From positions 82,685-146,684 of the forward strand of contig NMRA01000339.1 in assembly GCA_002633005.1 (NCBI GenBank): a stretch of DNA of 64,000 nucleotides, in the 5' to 3' direction. The notes beneath the pieces were generated by a model, which made no database searches, was not told the DNA's origin, and saw nothing but the letters and a program-made list of their open reading frames with translations. Below are positions 1 through 12,696 of the stretch, in pieces. This stretch comes from Phoronis australis. Lineage: Eukaryota > Animalia > Phoronida. Every line of letters starts with the position of its first letter. Within the stretch, counting starts at the first letter, position 1. Made by a program: the position numbers and the translations under genes.

Positions 1-2392
1 GGTGATAGGGGCACAGGCGCTTGAATTAATCTTTTCCTAAATATGATCACCACTGACGCCTAGGGGTGCCCAGGGCCAATAGCGGAGGCGGTTTACAGGA
101 GAGCGGCGACACGCTTTTGGCGCAAGTTGCGTCATATATGCCCATGCAGGCCTAGTCTGACACATTTATTCAACCCTTGTTACTGCTTTTGTCTTCATTC
201 CCTTTCACACAGCCACCTCACCACTGTAATAAGTTGACCGGTTCCTAAGTGTCAATTAATCAGTAGCCCGTATCAATAGTAGGCCTACAGCCAGCCTGAG
301 TGCCGATTGACTCCCAGAGTCGATCGGATGATGCTGGTACTGCTGGTGTAAATGACGAGGATGATGATGCATGGTGAAGAAAGTTGAGCCCAACCTTGCA
401 TACGCCAGATATTCCACTTTCTTAGACACGAATTCGTCCCGGCGGGTACGGGTCCCACCGTCGCCGGGAAGGTCCCTCTTAAATATGATATCCTATAGGA
501 AATCCGATCGGAATTCTATAGGATAGGAAATCCTCATCCTCTCAAAACTTTTATGACCTTCAAAGCATGACTCTAAAATAATTTTCCCCATACTGGACCA
601 TACCTTAGGCCAACTAGTGCACACGGATAAGTACGAGTTGAGTGACTGACAAAATTTTACTGAGGGTGGGAATGGCCATCGCTGATGCAAAGTTGAGTTG
701 GGCTTTTTGTCTCAAAGAAACTCAAGGTGTGAAAATGTTAGCATTTGCAATGGGCGTTTCACCAAGTTACGAACTAGGAGGCGTGAAATACCGTGACCAG
801 GCGAGAGATTGGTATATATAGTCTGGCCCTGAATTATTTTTACTCAGTATTTCGCTGTATTTAGTAAGCCATACACTAGCAACCACTTGTACGTAAATCC
901 TGATTAGTTTGCACAAACGAATTGCTCGAAAAAGACCACTGCCATTAAATCGATTTCGTAATATTTCTTACCGTGATATAGGATTCCATTAAGTTACCAA
1001 TGACGCCGCACCATAGGGGGCTGAGGTGGGGCCAGTCTGTCCACTTACTCTGAGTGCTGCGCCACTCATATGCTATGGGCAGCAAAAAGGTTCAACACAG
1101 GCAATTCTCCCACATACTTCAGGTTAACTCAGAATAGAACAAACAAGTTACCTAGTTTGCGGCAGAAAACTTATTTTGGTAACGTTTTTACAAGCTGTAT
1201 GTTATTTAGCGAACGAACATGTTAGTTGGGCCAAAGTTTTACAGGTCGAACGAACACGTGAGTTCTAACAGACAGGTTAGTCGTTAAATGAACAAGTTCG
1301 TATTGTCAGACGGACCAATGAGCTATACCACTGAGGTATAGCTCATTGGACGGACACAGTGCCGTATCGAACACGCAGGAGTACAGAGCACCGTGTTGCA
1401 ACTCAAGAAATTGTCATGAAAAGTGATCAGTAAATGTATTGAGTATGTACATGTATAAACTGTTATTGAAGGACACCTATAGGCGGTCAACGTACGGATT
1501 ACATAACTTTTACAGTAGATGACGCAATTTGGACACGGAAAATAAGAACAGACGTGCCTGTGACACCGGGTCCAAACTTCATAACGACGTCAAAATGACG
1601 TCATACGAAACATTCCTATTGCATGAGCTCCAAAGTTCGTAGTGGCTCACTGTGACGAAATTCTTGGTGCGTTTGCTTGTTGAAATGGCGGTTGATAAAT
1701 TACAAATAGTAGTTACGACCATGCACATACATGTACACGTGTTCAACTCTGAGCTTGGTTCGGCCACGCCGCTCAATCAATTGTCATTCGATAATTTCTT
1801 TAATTCTTTAATTGGTTGTTTAATAGTAGTCACCTGAAAACAATAAAGTGAACGGCCACTGACTCCCTTGAAAGCCATCAAGTAAATAAGTAATATATCA
1901 AAAATGCTACAAAACCAACATTCTAAGTAAAATATTTAATAAATATACCTCTGATTTCATGAAACATAATGTTTCATGCATAGCATCCACCTCAATTTTT
2001 GTATTCTGTCTGTTAATGACATTTGAGGTCATCCCTCAGGTTCAAACATCTCCCCCGTCTTACCTACAAAAGTCCCAGAAAAAATGGTTACTGATCTATC
2101 TCTCTCAAAAAGGATTTTTGTAACACTTGAATATTTAAATAAATCGTTTATTGGTCGCTAATTAGTTGGTGTATTCATTAATGACCCCATACTTTTTCAT
2201 GTCTTAAGCTGCATCGGATTAATTTGAGGGGCGTGAGACGGATGATGCACTCAACGTTTTGATTAACGGATTGCGGGCCCCCTTTTGGAACCCCCAGGGA
2301 CCAAAGACCAATAAGGATAGTGACACTAAGACAGTTTGATCAGTGACTAAAGCATGCATGTTATCGCCAAACCAGACAGAAGATAAAAAACG

Positions 2393-2447
2393 ATGACCGA
2401 CTCGGCAACACAGGTGGATCGAGGATGGGCATGGATGATCGTTTTAG
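2393..2447 (+). CDS. MCT exon 1 (MTDSATQVDRGWAWMIVL)
   Basis: ATG at 2393, DRGWAW motif, donor G|GTAAGT at 2448. Confidence 0.88.
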
Positions 2448-5400
2448 GTAAGTGAATGGATTCGAGAGCGCCGGTGCAACACTGCTTTTACCACGGTGTC
2501 TTTCAGGAAGGATCGATACCACAACAAAGCAATCTGCAGTACCATTGCAAGCATAAGTAGTTGGAAACATTCGCGTGTTGGAAGCTCTGGTCATAATGAC
2601 ACACGTGCCTTAGAAAATCGCTGTTGTGATAATGTAACTCAGCAAAAAAGGGAAGATCATCGCACGAGTATTTCAGTTGCGAATAAACATACAGTAGCTA
2701 TAGGGCTTCTTCTGAGGCCGAAAGATCGGCTTCGAGTTATGCAAGTCTATCTGGGTGATAGTGCTGTGCTTCAAATATTTATTTAAAGCTTGGTGCTTTT
2801 TAAAAATTCTGAAATTTAAAACGTATGCTAAATCTTCAAAGCACCAGTTTGATCATAGAGAACATAGTAAAGCGTACTCTGAAAAATAATGAGATTCTTA
2901 AGTTCTGGACTTGGTTACTGTGGCGTGCAGTAATTAGTTTCACTCAAGGCAGAGGTGTGAAAGTCCGTTACAAGTAGGTATGCAAGCTCTAAGCCCCGAA
3001 AGCAGAAAAAGAAATGTTCGTTATCGCCCCCCCCCCCCCCCGGTCCGCAANNNNNNNNNNNNNNNNNNNNNNNNNNNNNNNNNNNNNNNNNNNNNNNNNN
3101 NNNNNNNNNNNNNNNNNNNNNNNNNNNNNNNNNNNNNNNNNNNNNNNNNNNNNNNNNNNNNNNNNNNNNNNNNNNNNNNNNNNNNNNNNNNNNNNNNNNN
3201 NNNNNNNNNNNNNNNNNNNNNNNNNNNNNNNNNNNNNNNNNNNNNNNNNNNNNNNNNNNNNNNNNNNNNNNNNNNNNNNNNNNNNNNNNNNNNNNNNNNN
3301 NNNNNNNNNNNNNNNNNNNNNNNNNNNNNNNNNNNNNNNNNNNNNNNNNNNNNNNNNNNNNNNNNNNNNNNNNNNNNNNNNNNNNNNNNNNNNNNNNNNN
3401 NNNNNNNNNNNNNNNNNNNNNNNNNNNNNNNNNNNNNNNNNNNNNNNNNNNNNNNNNNNNNNNNNNNNNNNNNNNNNNNNNNNNNNNNNNNNNNNNNNNN
3501 NNNNNNNNNNNNNNNNNNNNNNNNNNNNNNNNNNNNNNNNNNNNNNNNNNNNNNNNNNNNNNNNNNNNNNNNNNNNNNNNNNNNNNNNNNNNNNNNNNNN
3601 NNNNNNNNNNNNNNNNNNNNNNNNNNNNNNNNNNNNNNNNNNNNNNNNNNNNNNNNNNNNNNNNNNNNNNNNNNNNNNNNNNNNNNNNNNNNNNNNNNNN
3701 NNNNNNNNNNNNNNNNNNNNNNNNNNNNNNNNNNNNNNNNNNNNNNNNNNNNNNNNNNNNNNNNNNNNNNNNNNNNNNNNNNNNNNNNNNNNNNNNNNNN
3801 NNNNNNNNNNNNNNNNNNNNNNNNNATTTCAGTCTTGCAGAAAAGGCGGTAGTAACTGAAGAACCCAAAAGTAACAACCACTAACGTCGGAATGGCAGTT
3901 TCTGCGATGGAAATTCTTCTCATATGACCGACAAGTACATGTACAGAGTTTTATTTTTACACTATATGTGCGTATTCAATCCCTTGGCATCTACATTCGA
4001 AGCTACATCTACGAGAATATTCGGAATTAGGCACATGTCCCTATACGCCAAACAATTATGTACAGCTGTGTTTGTGACTGATGGTCTGTAGCACCCCACC
4101 AATTAAAAACTGGGTATTGCTATTTGGCTCATGGAATGCTGTGAAAAACTCCCGCAATGATAGCTTACAGTCTCGCTCACTACCTGGCCTACTGTGTGTG
4201 AACACGAACATGCTTGTTCATTAATTTACATCCACACCAAACACCTATGTTGCTTTTCAGTTGGCGTGCTACTGGGGAATCGCCTCCCAGGACCAAAGGA
4301 ACAGCATTTTTTTCGCATGTCAGTGATCAACAAACAGGTCTATTTGATCTTTAGTCGTAAAGTTTACTCAGTTTCGTGTTAGGCTTTACGGTAAACCCGC
4401 CATTAAAATTAACAGTCAAGGCCAGTTTGAATTTGATTTGTAGTAATGCATCGCATACAGTAGGTCCTAATTCCTAAACCTTTTTGATATGAGAGAACAC
4501 AATTTTTGAAATTTCACCAATTCATTTTGCTGATTAGAGGTACAGCCTGACAGTCTCAATCTGAGCATCAGTCTGCAGGGGCTGGGTAATCTAAATTGTG
4601 GGTTTGTCATTGTTTGTCCAGTCGCATTCCGAGAATGTTGCCATTTTCGTATATGTATATGCAAAGGACTTAAAAGACGCCATATATTTGTTCTTTTTGA
4701 GGAAACGAAACATCGCTTTGAACACACGTGCTCCTGGAGCGTTCAGTTAAACTCAAAGACGTATGGCACCTTCCTGAGCAATTCATGCATATCTTCTTCA
4801 GAATGAATTCACTTCACAGCAAAGACTTTGAGATTGTAGGATTCAGTTCTTAAAAAAATCTTAAATTTAAAATGCAACACGTACACTAAGCGGCACTTGT
4901 GGAGATCACCTGAAGGCACAAGAGCAAAGAGAAGGCTCCAGAATTTCAATACCGTTGCTCATAGCGTTTTTACCATAATTTTGCTGTCAGAGTAATACAT
5001 TTAAACTATCTTAAATGTGTGCCACTTAAAACGTTAACTTTGTGATTGTTTGTAGGTTCATGCGGCCTTGGATTTCTTGTTTCATCAATCATTAGGACGG
5101 TGGGAATATTGTACACTGAGATATTAGAGGTGTTTAACGTCACTCCAGTTGCGGCATCATGGATTCCATCTCTGGTCTTCTTCTTCATGTTTGCTTTATG
5201 TGAGTGCACGATATTGTTTATTGAACAAATAATTTAACTTTTTCAAATATGAAGTGTCGAAGTAGTAGGCCCTACTTTACGGTGCATTTGCTCTGTTTAG
5301 CTACGAAAATCTACTCTCACAATAAAACAACTGAAGGCAGCCAGGTGCATGTTGTGCCTGACGTGCGAAGGCCGCTCAGATGGCCCCAATGGGAAGATCA

Positions 5401-8400
5401 CCTGGAATCATCTTTATGCTTTAGGTTAAAACCGAGCTGTAGAGACTTGGCTTGAGGGTTCAGCATTTTGCCCCAGTGGAATTCGACCTGAAGTAAAGAA
5501 AGCAGACACTTATCCCACACAGCCTCTTCATCTCTCATAAAGTCCGTTGTCGAAATATTCCCGTTATATTAAGAATTCCTTTCCTCACATGACGTACCTG
5601 GAATGTGTTACGACACGACTGGTTAAAAACACCGAGTACGTAGTTTCTCTGATATTACATGGGCGAATCACAAAGTAGTGCAAACTAGAAATCTATACGC
5701 CTTACATTTTATCATCTGCAAAACCTTAATACGAACAACCAAACAATACCGGAAGCCCACAATGTACTTGCTGGTCACAGTCCCTCATGACCCAACACTT
5801 GTAGACAGTATCCTGCTACCCACGATGCAAGTGACAAGCTCTTAGTTAACTTCCTGTTCGTTAACCCTTGCCCTTTCCAAGACCCTCTTTAAAATCTTCC
5901 ACGAGATGTCTATGTTGTACAATTTCTTCTGTACACTGTAGCAAGTATTCAATCTTCGACTACTATATCCCATCTGAATTTTCAAGACTTGCCCAAATTA
6001 TAATAATATACTAACTTAACGATTGGCTAATAAAAACCATATGATCTTATCTAATCATATCATTGGCTATTACGATTTGCTCTCAGAAATTTCTAGAACT
6101 TTTGGAGTGCAATGACCCCAGAACCAAAGTGGTAAACATCATCTAAAATAGATATTGACGTCAAAATACATGTCATAAGTTTGACCCATGGTTTTAAAAA
6201 TACATATGCACAAATTTGGGCAACATAAATGGAACTATCTGTACTAATTATTTAATCAATAATTATTCTGACAGTGAAGTTTACGTTTAAAAAAGATTTC
6301 CCTAAAATCGACCGAGGTTATATTTTGCTATGGATGTACCTTTCTCATAAACATGGAATTTTGACTTAAAAAGTGTTAACGTAATGATAATAATAACATA
6401 TGAATATAAAACATATTTTAATATCTCCTGATCTGTTTTTCTTTCAGAAAATATATACTTTTACCAGATGACAACTGAAAGCTTATTTTTTTATATACGA
6501 GTTAAAATGGAGGCCACTAAATAAGGTTTGAGATAACCTTAACTTACACTACATCAAATAGCATATTATTTCGCAAGCACGAATAGTTGCACGAACTCAT
6601 GTTCGGACGCAATCAGAGCCCGGGTGCAATCGCTGCGCCTCGAGTAAATTTTCCTACGCACATAGTGCGTGACATGAGATTTTATGATCTTGGTCTGAGG
6701 AAATAACAAACAGTCCATCCTTTCCGAGTTCAGAAACGAACCATGTGGGACCAATGTCACGACGGTTAGTAGCCTAAATCGAAACTTATTTTCGACAGCC
6801 GATTTATAGCCACATCGAGTCTGAATCTGAATTGAATCCAAGATTAGAAACTGATCCCAGATATGCAAAGAGATTGTCTGCACTGAACCCAAACTTCTTT
6901 TTCGTTTTTAGCACCAGCAGCTGGATGCGTGACTAATAAATTCTCGAACAGGACAACTGCCATCTTGGGTTCAGTCTGTGGAGCATGTGGACTCGTCCTT
7001 AGCAGTTTTGTGTATTCCTTGGATCTGCTCTACATTTGTTTCGGTTTACTTCTAGGTATAGTATCGTTTGAACAACATTTCTCTCATCAGTTCTCTTGTT
7101 AAGCTCTTAAAGCCTGTTTTAGGAACAATTATACTTGTTATTTACATGTACTTCTCATATAAATTTAACAGTCTATCTGAAGTTACGTAAACCACGTTAT
7201 ATAAAATAATCCCAATTGCTGTTTATGAACGATTAACATACGCGCTCATTAATTAAAACACGCTCACTCACTTTTTAATCACATTTATTTAATTACTTAC
7301 TCATTTACTAGGTTTCAAACTACATAAGCCAGAGAGACGACATTCTTTGGTGTTGTATACATGTATGCAAGTGTCGTTATAATGGGACTTGAAATTCTGT
7401 CGTAAACACCCTCATGTACAAGTCTATGGGTATTTTAAGGACATTTTTAAATGTTTTTAAAATGCCCATAAAAGAAACACCCTCAACTGTAAGTTTGTCG
7501 AGTAACCATTGCTTTGTCGTTGAATTACCTGGACATCTTAACATTTTTGAGTAGTAAACATAGCGTAAACCTACGTGTAGTCTATATATTTGGGTGGAAC
7601 GAACGTGTACCGTGCAAATATCAAGTTACTGCCATACATGTACATGTATGTATGTACTATATGTATGTATTATATGTATGTACTATATGTATGTATTATA
7701 TGTATGTACTATATGTATGTACTATATGTATGTACTATATGTATGTACTATATGTATGTACTATAAGTATGTACTGTATGTATGTACTACGTGTATGTAC
7801 TACATGTATGTACTATATGTATGTACTATATGTATGTACTATATGTATGTACTATATGTATGTACTATATGTATGTACTATACATGTATGTATGTACTAC
7901 ATGCATGCATGCATGTATGTATGTGTGTGTTTATGTATTGTATGTATGTACGTGTGTAATACTGATCATCTATTGTAGACCCGCTACAATCCTTTTAGAA
8001 AATATACGCTAAGAAATTATCGTGAACGAGTTGACATATTATCTTAAATATCCCGAATGAATTTTTAAAATGTAAAAGTCTAATATTTGGCAGCCAATTG
8101 ACCACTTTCGAGTCAAATCGCAAGCCCTGGACTCTGGGTCTAACAGTGTTACTCGAAACTCGACTCGATAATTCCAAGGGCACACCACGCTTTGTGTAAC
8201 CGTACAAACCTTTCCTCCAACCATGCAGCGTGATTGTTTAAGCATTGCGCATGAGACAAGTCTTGAGTTCAGAATTTAGGCCCTGGCACCAGTGGCGATT
8301 CCGATAATCTCAGAGACGTAACGTTGCATCATTTACTTTGCTTGTGATATTATTCACGCAAATGATACTTTGCATCACACAAAATAAAACATTTGTCCTA

Positions 8401-11400
8401 CCAACTCACCTCAGAGGATTAAAGGTAGGGTTAGATGAACACAATAACAGTTTACATTATACATGTACTTGCTGTATCAGGGACGGATCCAGGATTTTTT
8501 AAAAATGGGGTCCAAGTCAACAATTTGAAAATTCTAGATTTGATATCACTAAAACCAAGGGAAAAGGGAGGGTCCAGACTCCCTTGACTCCCTAGATCCG
8601 CCTATGTGTATTTCAGAATATTCTCAATGCGGATAGCATCTACATATACATTCATTGGATGACCTATAAGGAGCTTTATTTCAAATAACATTTCAGTTCT
8701 TTTTACTTTCAGGAATTGGTTCATGTTTCATCTTAAACTCAGCGATTACCGTCGTCCCAGGTTTCTTCAATAAGCGATTAGCTCTCGCGAACGCTCTGGC
8801 TGGTTCGGGTGCTGCGGCAGGTGGTATAGTCGGTCCGATATTCATACGATATCTCCTGGACGAGTTTGGCTTCAGAGGCTGCTGCCTCATTCTCGGAGGA
8901 CTGTACTTAAACATGCTGCCATTTGCTTTTCTGTTTCGCAGCAAGCGCTTGTGCAAGCAGGTCGCTAGAAAAGCCCAAATCCTACAAGACACAACATATG
9001 TGCATTGCTCAAATGAAGAGTACGAAGAAAACGTTATCGTAGTAGGTGCTGAGAATGATGGAGGGTATATAAGTGGAAAATTGCCTGAAGAAAAGGACCA
9101 TCTAAGTGTTAATTATAGCCGGGTCCCTGCTCCAACACAATCTGCGCTATACTATACTCCAGTTATGGGAGCTTCCCATCAATCTCTCACAATTATTTCC
9201 AAGAACTCGAAGACTTCGATAAATGACACTTCTGACAATGAGAATGGTCCGTCGCGATCACCTTGCTGTTGTTGTGGAGAACCTACCAAAATATTTGAGT
9301 GGACGCTCTTGAAGAACAAATCTTTCATCCCAATTCTGTTGGCAACAGGGTTCGCTTATCCGTTCTTTGCCGTATTAATTCCGATGATTCTTCCATCTCA
9401 CAGTTTACTGTGCGGGCTCTCCAAGTCGCAAGTAGCGTTGGTAGTTACTATTGGGCCATGCGCTGACCCATTTTTGCGACCATTCATTGGCTGGGTCACA
9501 GACTTGAAGAAATTTTCGAGCGTGCACCTGTGGAGTAGCGGCTTTGTTCTATTGGCAGCTATTTTTTATGCTCTACCCTTTATCTGCACCTTCGAATTGC
9601 TAGTTGTCTTTTCGGTGCTTCACGGCAGTTTGGCCGGAATGATGTACAGCTTAGTGACTGTTGTATTGGTTCACGAAGTCGGAGGTGACAGTATAGCCAG
9701 CTCCATAAGTATCTGCATGCTCTTTGAAGCTCTCCTCAACCTGACACTTCCTCCTTTCCTCAGTAAGTAACATGTTTCTTGTTTTTTAATCCAGGGAAAA
9801 GGAGTACGGTGATTGCGTTAGCTTCACCCTACTGCTCCTACAATCAAACAAGAATTGCTTATTTTTTTTAGATGAAAGTTCGTATCATATGCTTTTAATA
9901 ATTGTCCCTTTACATCCCTGCACTCTTTTAAATGCACGGTGAGGTTATAACGTTAAGCTTAAAATGTGTGAAAGGTATGGAAAGGTAAGTGGGAAGGAGT
10001 CTGTGCCAGCACGCAAACCTAAAATGCCGTTGCGAAACCAAAACAACTATCGGGAAACTACTGATGCTGTAACACTTTGTGTCGCATGCCATATAACAAG
10101 GATAATATGTAGTGCCAAGTCAATTTCGCAGTGTTCCAAGAAATGGAATATTGTGATGGTGTGGCGGGACGGTGGGGCAAGCCTTAAAAACTGGACAATG
10201 TTCATTCAAAATTAGGACAATGGTAAAGTATGGGTTAAGCAGGGAGAAGATATAAGGAGAGTGGTCAACATATTTTGAAGTGACAACTGGCTGTAACCCA
10301 CATCATGGGTGCACCCAGGGGAGGGGGGGGGGCTCGAACGACCCCCCCATTTGGCTAAGTGGGCAAAAAGGTCCGCCTGTGAGAAACAAAAAGTTCGAAA
10401 AAATGAGAAAAAAGTCCACTAAACAAGCACAAACGCGCAATTCACAGTGATGCGGACGGCTTTTATTTTTTTTAGTCCGCCGGGTATTTTGTTACCACAA
10501 CGTTAGGAGTTCGAGCCCCTCATATTGAAGGCTGGATGCGCGCATGCACATTAATTATAAGAGATTGAATTTGGACATTCATGTGTCAAGAAACGAATAA
10601 AGGAAACAACGGGTCTTGACTGCCCTAAAATGAAACCGAGATAAAAAGAAGACAGGGTACTGTCAGGTATACAAATGATGTTGCGGTCTACATATATTCT
10701 ACCCACAGTCTGTCTTCATTTAATTCAAATATTTTTGAGTGATGCAGCTTTTACACATGAGTCGAGTAAAACGTAAACAATATTTACATTCAATTTGCAG
10801 TCTAGTAAAACATTTTCAGGCAGATATAAGCTACAGTATCGGTGATTGAAATGCAGTATACAAATATGGTACGACGATTCCGAGGATTGCCTGCTGTCAC
10901 ATGGACCTCGGCATCTTTGACCTCGGGGAGCAACGCGTTGTCTGACGCCTTTCTATATTTGTTTTATAATACATGACTACTAATCTTTCTTCCCTCTGAG
11001 TTTGTTTGTCTCGTATTGGATTATCTTGTTTTAGCCCGCTTTGATGTACTAATATCGTCTGTTTTCTTCGTTACTGGGTTTTATCAGTGATTTCTACGAC
11101 GTTATAAGCTGGCTTCGCTGACCCAGTTCAGAAGGTAGCAATGTCTCCTACTTCTGCCCGGGCACAAATAGTGACACCTGACGTCCGGACGGCATCATAT
11201 TCCATGGCCATGTATGGTCAATATTGCTGTATATCGAAAGTTATCGTACCGCGTTTTCGCCAATCAGAGGACAGAAGTATCAATGGTCGCGTAATAAACT
11301 GTAGCAGCTACATACAGATGGTATTCTAACCTGAAGTGTTTTTACTAAATCTTACATCGGAAAACCTGCTTCAATGTATGTCAGCGTAATATTTGTGCAT

Positions 11401-12146
11401 GCACTTTAGAATTTATTGTTTTGCCGATGTTCTGTCCTCATCCAGTTTGGTTTCCAAACAATAGGCCCTAACACAAAATGTGTTACGTATCTCTCACTTA
11501 ACGTTTCAGAATATAGTGAAGCAATAACATGGCTGCAGGCAAGCTCAGCTATTTCGGAAAATCTATAAGTTGACGTAGGCGCGTAAAAGCTTTAGTTGTT
11601 GCTGATTTCTAAGAAAAAGGAGTATATAGGAGTGCGTTACGTAGGCACAAGAAACTCGCGAAAAGGCAAGACCACGTAAAATCATGCGAGTGAAAGTCGA
11701 TTTTTTCTTGACTATGCTTGGGACCTTTTTGATATAGGTCTTTCCTACCAAAATGAAAAAAATGGCTGCAACAGAGAAAATGTTGAGTGAGATAAAACTG
11801 ATGAATTTATGGAACACAATTCGGTGTTTACGTTCCATAAGCGAGGTAATTCATTGGTGAGTTGCGTCCACGGAACGCATCCCGGCGTATATTCACCGGA
11901 TGTTTCAGTGGCACGCCGGCTCTGTGTAATGAGGCATAAGTCAGCTCATGCAATTATGTAACCATCCGATGGTTTTCTTTATTTGCAGGCATGTTGTTCG
12001 AAATATCTGGTTCTTGGACGTCGTCAATATTCGTATGCGCCTCTGCTACACTTGTAGGATTCATCATCATCGCCGTGCATTTGTTTTTACGCTCTAGAAG
12101 GAAACATATAAATAACGTGATTGAATTAAGCAACGTTGCTTCATAG
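2393..12146 (+). CDS. SLC16/monocarboxylate transporter (MCT) family MFS protein, 5 coding exons, 516 aa
   Basis: Exons 2393-2447, 5056-5199, 6912-7055, 8713-9762, 11989-12146 (1551 nt) have GT-AG introns, all phase 1, and join into one open frame. MCT motifs: N-terminal DRGWAW (cf. DGGWGW), FFNKRLALANALAGSG, EFGFRGCCLILGG, TM8 DPFLRP. The paralog cannot be assigned. Confidence 0.93.
3051..3825. other. Assembly gap (775 N) in MCT intron 1
   Basis: Run of N. Exons 1 and 2 join seamlessly within TM1, so no coding exon appears to be missing. Confidence 0.99.
5056..5199 (+). CDS. MCT exon 2 (TM1-TM2)
   Basis: TGTAG acceptor; GSCGLGFLVSSIIRTVGILYTEILEVF...SWIPSLVFFFMFAL; donor GTGAGT at 5200. 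Confidence 0.92.
6912..7055 (+). CDS. MCT exon 3 (TM3-TM4)
   Basis: TTTTAG acceptor; SPAAGCVTNKFSNRTTAILGSVCGACGLVLSSF...LYICFGLLLG; donor GTATAG. Confidence 0.92.
7635..7955. repeat. Minisatellite, 13-bp unit GTACTATATGTAT, degenerating to (TATG)n at the edges
   Basis: Directly visible; explains the 13-aa periodic ORFs at 7514-8012. Confidence 0.97.
8478..8606. mobile_element. 129-bp MITE with 5-bp TSD TGTAT
   Basis: Termini CAGGGACGGATCCAGG / CCTAGATCCGCCTATG; TGTAT at 8473-8477 and 8607-8611. Confidence 0.8.
8713..9762 (+). CDS. MCT exon 4 (TM4-TM11 including the central loop)
   Basis: TTTCAG acceptor; 1050-nt open frame that includes ORF 8913-9770; donor A|GTAAGT at 9763. Confidence 0.95.
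10304..10546. mobile_element. 243-bp MITE with 5-bp TSD CACAT
   Basis: Termini CATGGGTGCACCCAG / CTGGATGCGCGCATG; CACAT on both sides; 3' end shared with 12486-12647 and with the repeat ending at 46050. Confidence 0.82.
11989..12146 (+). CDS. MCT exon 5 (TM12 and C-terminal tail, stop TAG)
   Basis: TTTGCAG acceptor; SMLFEISGSWTSSIFVCASATLVGFIIIAVHLFLRSRRK...AS*. Confidence 0.88.
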
Positions 12147-12485
12147 TTTTAATAAGGCAATGAAACTGTATGTGGTTAATTCTAGTTCGCTTTTCGCACA
12201 GTCTTCAGCATTGGAGACAAACGCCACAAATTACGAACTTAATTTAATTTAGAGTTGTTACGGAATGCTTTCCGTAAAAGTAACTTGATTTCGGCAACTT
12301 CCCGTTCTAAAAACCTGTCTCAGCTTGACTTGTTCTCAATATGTATACAGCGCTGCAATTACTACCATTGTGATATTAGTGTTACAACAATTAGGAACTG
12401 TAGCGCAACTGTGATAAAGGCAACCAAAAGTAAGCGCTTTATTCAGTTCATTCTGTTGTATACGTTTTGTGTAGCTTGCATTTAT

Positions 12486-12647
12486 TATGCGCACACCCAG
12501 GGGTGGAATAAATGTCCCTAAATAAGCGCAAAAGCGCAATTCGCTGTGGTGCTCCCGTTTTTTTTACTCCGTCCGCTCTTTTGGGAGCAAAAGATCCACA
12601 ACGTCAGAAATTCGAGCCCCCCATGGTGAAGGCTGGGTGCGCGCATG
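12486..12647. mobile_element. 162-bp MITE related to 10304-10546, TSD TTTAT/TTTAG
   Basis: TATGCGCACACCCAG...TTCGAGCCCC...GAAGGCTGGGTGCGCGCATG; flanks match 4 of 5. Confidence 0.72.
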
Positions 12648-12682
12648 TTTAGCTGAAGTTGTTGAAAGGTTTATTGGCATTA

Positions 12683-12696
12683 GTTGCCATGGCAAC
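12683..12696. promoter_or_regulatory. Perfect RFX X-box palindrome GTTGCCATGGCAAC
   Basis: Exact consensus match. Motif only. Confidence 0.35.

Noticed and set aside
1596-1603. CRE palindrome TGACGTCA upstream of the MCT gene
   Set aside because: The same 8-mer recurs at many unrelated positions (e.g. 6157, 17651, 23870, and inside the Harbinger-like MITEs), so it is not informative alone.
2915-3923. Four long ORFs of 281-320 aa
   Set aside because: Artefacts of translating through the 775-N gap.
7514-8012. Tyr/Cys/Met/Val periodic ORFs; CRISPR-like periodicity
   Set aside because: Translation of a 13-bp minisatellite in MCT intron 3; there are no unique spacers, so it is not a CRISPR array.
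8693-8992. 99-aa - strand ORF
   Set aside because: Antisense shadow of MCT exon 4.
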